Shown here: one piece after another, positions 57,123-62,785 of the stretch
Layout: the number at the start of each line of letters is the position of its first letter
Position numbering within the stretch: position 1 is the first letter of the stretch
IMG/VR virus record: IMGVR_UViG_3300031565_000023
Coordinates: 1 to 62,785 of that record
Source: a virus
Lineage: Duplodnaviria; Caudoviricetes
Length of the DNA: 62,785 nucleotides
Reading direction: 5' to 3' (one strand)
The notes under the pieces: model-generated
Seen by the model: only the letters and a program-made list of their open reading frames with translations
Databases searched by the model: none
What the model was told of the DNA's origin: nothing
Program-made: the position numbers and the translations under genes

Positions 57123-57353
57123 ATGTTTATTCAATACCCACTTACCGAGCAAACATTGAATCAATATTTGCAAAATCCCGATTCAAACCATTTGGTTGTG
57201 GCTATCCTATGGCTGGCTCAGACATTGAGAAACCCCCCATCTACCATTGGGCAGCCCGAAGATCCAGAGGAAATGATCGAGAAGCTAAAGAGGGAAGGCA
57301 AGGATTTTACCGTAACCAGGTACGGGCCTCAAGCAAATAGGGATAAAAAGTAA
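57123..57353 (+). CDS. Hypothetical protein
   Basis: Tight coupling on both sides. Confidence 0.55.
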   Translation: MFIQYPLTEQTLNQYLQNPDSNHLVVAILWLAQTLRNPPSTIGQPEDPEEMIEKLKREGKDFTVTRYGPQANRDKK

Positions 57354-57763
57354 TGCCACTCTACGACTACGAATGTAAAAGATGCGGTAGCATCACCGAG
57401 AAAATAAGATCGTTTGATGATAAGATCATAAGCTGCCCTAAATGCAACAATGGGGTAGCGGTCAGGATCATGTCTTCATCCAAAGTCAATACCGCCAACG
57501 ATGATGCCGAATGGATAAGATCGGTAACAGAAGTGGTAGAGAAAGGCACAGACAAGCCTCATTGTAACGAATTTTTGAAAAACCCTACCCGGACAAACTT
57601 GAGGGAATGGATGAAGGGGGAGGGGTTAAGACACATGGACCCGAATGAAGGCAAAAAAAAACCCGTAACCGAAAGAGAAGAGAGAGCAGCCGATTTACGG
57701 ACAGTCAACACATTAATGAGGAAAAAGAAAGCGAGGGAACGAATTGTCGTCAGAGGATATTAA
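57353..57763 (+). CDS. FmdB-family zinc-ribbon protein
   Basis: MPLYDYECKRCG...CPKC...RIMS. Confidence 0.85.
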   Translation: MPLYDYECKRCGSITEKIRSFDDKIISCPKCNNGVAVRIMSSSKVNTANDDAEWIRSVTEVVEKGTDKPHCNEFLKNPTRTNLREWMKGEGLRHMDPNEGKKKPVTEREERAADLRTVNTLMRKKKARERIVVRGY

Positions 57764-57918
57764 AACAATCATAGAAGATACCGAAAGTACCTTAACCGGA
57801 TTAAACAAACGGAAGTATTCCGGGAAAATCAGTATTGAGTTTAATATGTTCAAAGGAGGCATAACAGATGCCTTTATGAACATCTACACCCGAATGGGTT
57901 TAAAAAGGGAGAAAAAAG

Positions 57919-58839
57919 ATGCCAGCAGAACACCCGACGATAAATGAAACGGTTTTAACACCGGAATCAGGGGCTTCGTCAACTTCTGATACGTCAGCAG
58001 CATCCTCTAAAGAATCGTCAGGCGCAGACGCTAAAGGCGCAGAGGGAGTGCAGACGTTAAACGAAGATGGAACACCAAAAGCACCAGTTAAAGAAGCAGG
58101 GAAAGAAAAAGTAGCAGGGGAAGAAGCGGGGAAGGAAGCCGGAGGGGAGGAAACAAGGTTAGACAAACACCCCAGGTTTCAGGAAGTGATTAAAGCCCGA
58201 CAGGATGCCGATGGAAAAGTTGCATCCTTACAGGCAGAAAACGCAGCCTTAAAAGCGCAAATGGCAACAGCGCAACAGGTAAAACCAGCCGAACCCGGAG
58301 GAAGGAATTATCAACAGGAATTGGGCGATCTTGGCAAAAAGCTGGATGAAGGCGATATTAGCCAAAGTGAGTATATGGGTAAATATACCGAAATCATCCG
58401 AGCAGAAAGCAACCAAGGTGCCCAGGAAATGATCGCACAAAGCGAAAAGCAATCAAGGGTAATCTCGCTTGAAGATCAATTCTTGAAAGATAATCCTAGC
58501 TATATGGAAGTGTTTAGGGCTGGAAAGCTGGATGCTATCAAGACGCAACATCCACTCCTTGATAATATTTCAGCTTTTAAAGAGTATGAAAGGCTCGAAG
58601 CAGTAGCATCCATTGAAGCGAAAGTTAATGAGGCAGTAGAGAAAACGAAAGCAGAAATGATCGATCAGTTCAAGGCGAAGGGAAGTGCTACCGTTTTGGG
58701 CGAAGGTTCTACGGCAATTCCTTCTGAAAAGCCAGCAGGGGAAGCACCCGAAATGAAAGATCCAAAGAAGTTTGGCGGGAGTACGAATGTGCTGGCGAAT
58801 AGACTTGCCCTAAGAAGGAAGGAGAAGGCCGGTTTATAG
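57919..58839 (+). CDS. Capsid scaffolding protein
   Basis: Acidic disordered N-terminus, HPRFQEVI, coiled coil; directly before the capsid gene. Confidence 0.8.
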   Translation: MPAEHPTINETVLTPESGASSTSDTSAASSKESSGADAKGAEGVQTLNEDGTPKAPVKEAGKEKVAGEEAGKEAGGEETRLDKHPRFQEVIKARQDADGKVASLQAENAALKAQMATAQQVKPAEPGGRNYQQELGDLGKKLDEGDISQSEYMGKYTEIIRAESNQGAQEMIAQSEKQSRVISLEDQFLKDNPSYMEVFRAGKLDAIKTQHPLLDNISAFKEYERLEAVASIEAKVNEAVEKTKAEMIDQFKAKGSATVLGEGSTAIPSEKPAGEAPEMKDPKKFGGSTNVLANRLALRRKEKAGL

Positions 58840-58959
58840 TTTATAGTTTTTAACGGTTACTTTGGTAAGTCGCTGAAATTTAGCGTAACTTCAAAAGTCC
58901 GACAGGAGAGTTGTTTCTTCTCCATCGGATTTTTTTATTTTGGAAAGGAGGAAACAAAG

Positions 58960-59931
58960 ATGATCTTAGAAGAACTTAACGAAATCACCAATGATTATTT
59001 TTTGCTTGAAGATGGGTCGGCAACGGACATCTATTTCACCACATCATTCCTGGTGGACTATCTGATGAAGCAACAGAAAGGTCTTTGGGAAAGGCCGAGT
59101 GGCGGTAAGAAAATCAGAGTACCGCTAGAGTATGACGAGAGCGAGGGCGGCTGGTATCAGAGGAATGATCCCCTGTCAAGCGATGATAGGGAGCTGATTG
59201 ACGCTGCCTACTTTGCCTGGAAACACGCCTATGGAAATGGAACCATCTATCGGACTGACTCCCTCTACAACGCCGGTGAGTATGCAGAGGTGCAGCTCGT
59301 CACCACAAAGGTAAAAAACGCTCAAAAGACGTGCAGGAATAAAATTGCAAAGTCTATCTATAGTGCGGTTGGCGATGCCGGGTCCTCCCTAACAGGGTTG
59401 CTTTCGTGTTGCAGCACGGCGACTACGGTGGCATACGGCGAAATTACCGAGGATGGTCTAGTGTCCGCCGATGGCACAAAGCGCTGGAAGGGTAACGTCA
59501 ATACTACCGGCGGTGTGATCTCTCTCGATCTTATCAGGACTATCGCATCAGCGGCCAAGATCCACGATGGCACAGATGGCAAACCCAATATAGGGACAAC
59601 CACCGAGGTTCTCTTCAACAAGGTCAACAGCCTGCTCCAGACGCAGCAAAGGTATGTGAAGGAGGAAGATAGCGTAAAGGCCGGTTTCTTGAGACTGGTT
59701 TTTGAAGGGAAGATTATCGCTGCCGATGATTACTGCCCTGCCGGTTACTACTTTAACATGAACAGTAACCACATCGGCTTTGGTATCCACGCCAAAGGTT
59801 ATTTCGCCAGACAGGAGTGGGCCGATCTTCAGGGGCCGACAGGCCAAACCATGAAAGTGTTTTGGGATGGCAACCTGATCGTAAATCACCGCCTAGCTCA
59901 AGGCTGCGGTAGCGGCATAACTGCTGCTTAA
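58960..59931 (+). CDS. Major capsid protein
   Basis: SGG.KI.VPLEY, A.F.WK, GF..L.F.G..I..D..CP and WDGNL; strong RBS. Confidence 0.88.
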   Translation: MILEELNEITNDYFLLEDGSATDIYFTTSFLVDYLMKQQKGLWERPSGGKKIRVPLEYDESEGGWYQRNDPLSSDDRELIDAAYFAWKHAYGNGTIYRTDSLYNAGEYAEVQLVTTKVKNAQKTCRNKIAKSIYSAVGDAGSSLTGLLSCCSTATTVAYGEITEDGLVSADGTKRWKGNVNTTGGVISLDLIRTIASAAKIHDGTDGKPNIGTTTEVLFNKVNSLLQTQQRYVKEEDSVKAGFLRLVFEGKIIAADDYCPAGYYFNMNSNHIGFGIHAKGYFARQEWADLQGPTGQTMKVFWDGNLIVNHRLAQGCGSGITAA

Positions 59932-59957
59932 CCGAGTTTTGAAAAATTTTCATTTTT

Positions 59958-59987
59958 TTTAACATCTTGTATGTGAATTTCACACTA
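59958..59987 (+). repeat. 30-bp intergenic element, copy 2
   Basis: Matches 26358-26387 with one mismatch. Confidence 0.85.
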
Positions 59988-60019
59988 TAGACTTAAAAAA
60001 CAGAAAGGAGGAAACGAAG

Positions 60020-60733
60020 ATGAATGAACCTCAAAAACTTATGTTCAGCCAAAGCATCAATGCCCAAAGCGCAGTCAGGAAAGAGATCCTGGGTGCACCC
60101 AGGACGCTCCACGATGGAAGAAGTTTTCGTTATTGCAGAAATGGCGGGACCCTTCTTGCCGCCGGGAAGCCAGTTGAATCACTTGATGCAGTAGCGAATA
60201 ACATTAACCTGGCAGTAGTGGCTGATGTGGCGATTGGCTCTACTACCGTAAGAGTTACCAATGGCGGTACCGCAGTTACCGAAGATCAGTATCAATGGGG
60301 CTATCTACAAATCAATGCCGGTACCGGTCTTGGAAGGCAATACCTGATTGATACCCATACTGCGGAATCGACCGGAACCGGGACAATTACCGTTCAGCTT
60401 GCAGAGCCTATCGGGGTCGCATTAACATCCGCAACCTCAAAGGCATCTCTCATCTACAACCCCTTTACAGGTATTGTGGTCGCTACTGCTGCAACAAAAA
60501 CCCCTGCCGGGGTTCCACCTATCGCTGTTACCGCATTGTATTACTTCTGGTCTCAGACAGGGGGGGTAGGTTGTGCGCTCAACACCAATGCTGTAGCGGT
60601 GGGAACGGAGCTTTCCGGCGGTGCTGGATTATTAGCCGCGAGAACAGCCTGGACCGACAACAGCTATGGTTACACCTATGCAACTGCCGGTGTTACCGCA
60701 GAGTATAAGCCTATTATATTGACCATGAAATAG
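60020..60733 (+). CDS. Capsid decoration/cement protein
   Basis: DGRSFRYCRNG and YFWSQTGG; same RBS as the capsid gene. Confidence 0.7.
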   Translation: MNEPQKLMFSQSINAQSAVRKEILGAPRTLHDGRSFRYCRNGGTLLAAGKPVESLDAVANNINLAVVADVAIGSTTVRVTNGGTAVTEDQYQWGYLQINAGTGLGRQYLIDTHTAESTGTGTITVQLAEPIGVALTSATSKASLIYNPFTGIVVATAATKTPAGVPPIAVTALYYFWSQTGGVGCALNTNAVAVGTELSGGAGLLAARTAWTDNSYGYTYATAGVTAEYKPIILTMK

Positions 60734-60785
60734 AAATCGGTTGATAATCGAATGTTAAATAAATCGGGCAGGGGGATATAAAAAA

Positions 60786-61439
60786 ATGAAACTAGGCAAT
60801 CTGGTTGAAGAAATACTTGAAATTGTGCAAGACCCATCGATTGACGCAAAGAAAGTTAAGAGGATTATAAACGATGGGATACTAGAGGCTGTTTCACTCT
60901 CCGATACCCCCCTGCCTGATCTTGAAACAAGTGCAGAGGTAAAAACAAAAACCGACAGGGCTTGGGTTAATCTGCCGGATGATTATCACCGGAAACTTAA
61001 TTTCTGCTATAGCGCAGCTCAAAATGATCGGGTGGCGACACTGGATAGCCTCCAACAGCTTCAATCGAAGTATCCCGACCTCACTCAATCGGGAGTTATC
61101 TGGTATGTAGCAATAAGCGGTGGAAGGCTCTACTACCAGGGGATACCGGACACGGTTGATACTTTAAGGATTGGTTATTACAAATTGCCACCGACCATAG
61201 CCAGGGACGATGAAGAACCGGCCTTTCTTCCCAGGCATCTTCATAAAAAGTTGCTTGTAAACTACGCTTGCAAGGAGTTTTTTAACATTATTGAAGATGG
61301 TGTTGAGGGGAGGAAGGTCAATACGGCCTCTTATGAAGGGAAGTGGGAAAAGGCCCTGGTGGATCTTGAGATGTTTCTTGGACCGGAGCAGGATGAACCC
61401 AAACAAATAAACGATATGATAATGGAAATCATGCAGTAA
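60786..61439 (+). CDS. Head-tail adaptor
   Basis: LPDDY, Y...P, P..LP..LH..LLV.YA. Confidence 0.75.
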   Translation: MKLGNLVEEILEIVQDPSIDAKKVKRIINDGILEAVSLSDTPLPDLETSAEVKTKTDRAWVNLPDDYHRKLNFCYSAAQNDRVATLDSLQQLQSKYPDLTQSGVIWYVAISGGRLYYQGIPDTVDTLRIGYYKLPPTIARDDEEPAFLPRHLHKKLLVNYACKEFFNIIEDGVEGRKVNTASYEGKWEKALVDLEMFLGPEQDEPKQINDMIMEIMQ

Positions 61440-62368
61440 TGCCTGTATTAACCATACTAAAAGCAACCAAAGGGCTAAACACAAAAAATGATCCAGCCAG
61501 ACTAAAGTATGACCCCGAAACGGGAATTCAGGAATTAGCGGTAGCGGTAAATATTGATATTGACCATACCGGAAGAATATCGAGAAGAAAGGGGTTTACT
61601 CTACAAGCAGCCGGATCATTCCATAGCCTGTTTTGTGATGGGGGGACTGCACTTGTCTGTAGCGGGGGCGGTCTTTTTGTGCTTCATCCCGATTACACCA
61701 GGACCGGGATAAGAAATGTAACTGCCGGTGCGCGGATGAGTTATTGCCAGATCGATAACAAGATCTACTACACGAATGGCTACGAAACTGGATATGTGAA
61801 GGACGAGTTAAGTTACGCCTGGGAAGCTACAACCTATTATGGCCCCGACACCAAAAGAGTGCTTTCTGATCCGCCAATCGGCAAGCATCTTGAGTTTTAC
61901 AATGGGCGAATCTACATTACGCAGAATAGCGTAGCATGGTATTCAGAACCGCTTGATTACACCAGATTTGATCTCCACAAGAATTACCTCTCATTTGCCT
62001 CTACCATAAAAATGATAAGGGCGGCAACTGATGGGATCTATATCAGCACTGACAAGGCAACTTATTTCTGCTTTGGCCCTAATCCGGACGAGGGGTTTAA
62101 TTGGGTTATGGTAGCCCCTTATCCAGCGATAGAATACTCCGACATAACCATTAATGGGCGATTGATCGTAACGCAAGAAGGTGATCCGGTAATCGATACT
62201 ACCGTCAATGAGAAGGCTGCCATGTGGGTATCGACAAAAGGGGTTTGTTACGGTGGACCAAGCGGAAGACTTGTGAATATCACGCAAGAAAAAATTGATC
62301 TCCCCACAACTTTAATTGCAAACAGTTTTTTAGTGGACAATAAGTTTCTAACAACCTTAGAACCTTAA
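61439..62368 (+). CDS. Putative tail nozzle/head-closure protein
   Basis: NIDID..G.ISRRKG; beta-propeller-like (YNGRIY, WYSEP). Confidence 0.65.
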   Translation: MPVLTILKATKGLNTKNDPARLKYDPETGIQELAVAVNIDIDHTGRISRRKGFTLQAAGSFHSLFCDGGTALVCSGGGLFVLHPDYTRTGIRNVTAGARMSYCQIDNKIYYTNGYETGYVKDELSYAWEATTYYGPDTKRVLSDPPIGKHLEFYNGRIYITQNSVAWYSEPLDYTRFDLHKNYLSFASTIKMIRAATDGIYISTDKATYFCFGPNPDEGFNWVMVAPYPAIEYSDITINGRLIVTQEGDPVIDTTVNEKAAMWVSTKGVCYGGPSGRLVNITQEKIDLPTTLIANSFLVDNKFLTTLEP

Positions 62369-62382
62369 TAGGAGGAAAGCAA

Positions 62383-62785
62383 ATGGCTTTAAGACTTTCA
62401 ACAGGGGCGCGAAACAATATGCTTGGAAAAGTAGCCACCATTGTAGGGGCGGTAATAGGGGCCGGTCTTACCTTTGTGGATGGTGGCGGTAGCGAGGATA
62501 GCATTACCGATAGTGGGAATGGATTTGTGGCTGCCGGGTTTTGGGTAGGCGATGTGCTTTTTGTCCAGGGGGCGACTACCTCAGCTAACGATACCGCCTG
62601 CACCGGCGCAGTATTAACTGCGGTCGCAGCCGGAACGCTCATCTTCGCAACGGCAACGGTTGATACCGGCGAAGCTGGCGCAACCGGAACGGTAGTGGCG
62701 TGTGCCAGGGGCGGATCGCTAAAAGACAGGTTTAAAAACGGCGTTTTGAGGATCTACAGCGGATCACAGGTTGCCACACCCGATA
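62383..62785 (+). CDS. Virion structural protein, 5' part (continues into 1-618)
   Basis: GGAGG RBS; MALRLSTGARNNMLG... Confidence 0.8.
   Translation, partial: MALRLSTGARNNMLGKVATIVGAVIGAGLTFVDGGGSEDSITDSGNGFVAAGFWVGDVLFVQGATTSANDTACTGAVLTAVAAGTLIFATATVDTGEAGATGTVVACARGGSLKDRFKNGVLRIYSGSQVATPD
62515..62785. repeat. Terminal direct repeat (copy 2)
   Basis: Matches 1-271 with two mismatches. Confidence 0.95.

Noticed and set aside
62515-62785. True physical terminal repeats
   Set aside because: The repeat lies mid-gene with no terminus signals; more likely an assembly overlap of a circular or permuted genome
1-62785. Stop-codon reassignment
   Set aside because: Standard code 11 gives full-length, densely packed genes

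Overview
Apparently complete, circularly permuted genome (~62.5 kb unique; 271-bp overlap at the ends) of a temperate dsDNA tailed phage. It is probably short-tailed: no tape measure is seen, but there is a 3919-aa polyvalent ejection-type protein with N6-MTase, Strawberry-notch helicase and zincin motifs. Modules: virion/tail genes (62383->28390 across the join), lysis/secreted proteins (28568-31052), an intact attP carrying a tmRNA-like 3' end with paired arm repeats (31055-31227), a leftward early operon (alphaCTD-like gene, tyrosine integrase, Xis-like ORF, RAMP/Cas7-like gene, Bet, exonuclease), a lambda-like immunity switch (38050-39897), replication/methylation genes (39887-50126), and terminase-portal-scaffold-capsid genes (50211-62368). 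The standout is 32755-34391. A stand-alone RAMP/Cas7-fold gene is surrounded by five non-coding arrays of 5-nt-periodic units (148 units counted by eye; 140 have A and 147 a purine at the same position), each a semi-constant triplet plus a variable dinucleotide. This looks like a phage-encoded RNA-guided system with a gapped guide code, VIPR-like but with a Y-T-R rather than GGY scaffold. Also notable: two apparently real genes nested in the +1 frame of the giant gene. All calls are by eye, with no database searches.
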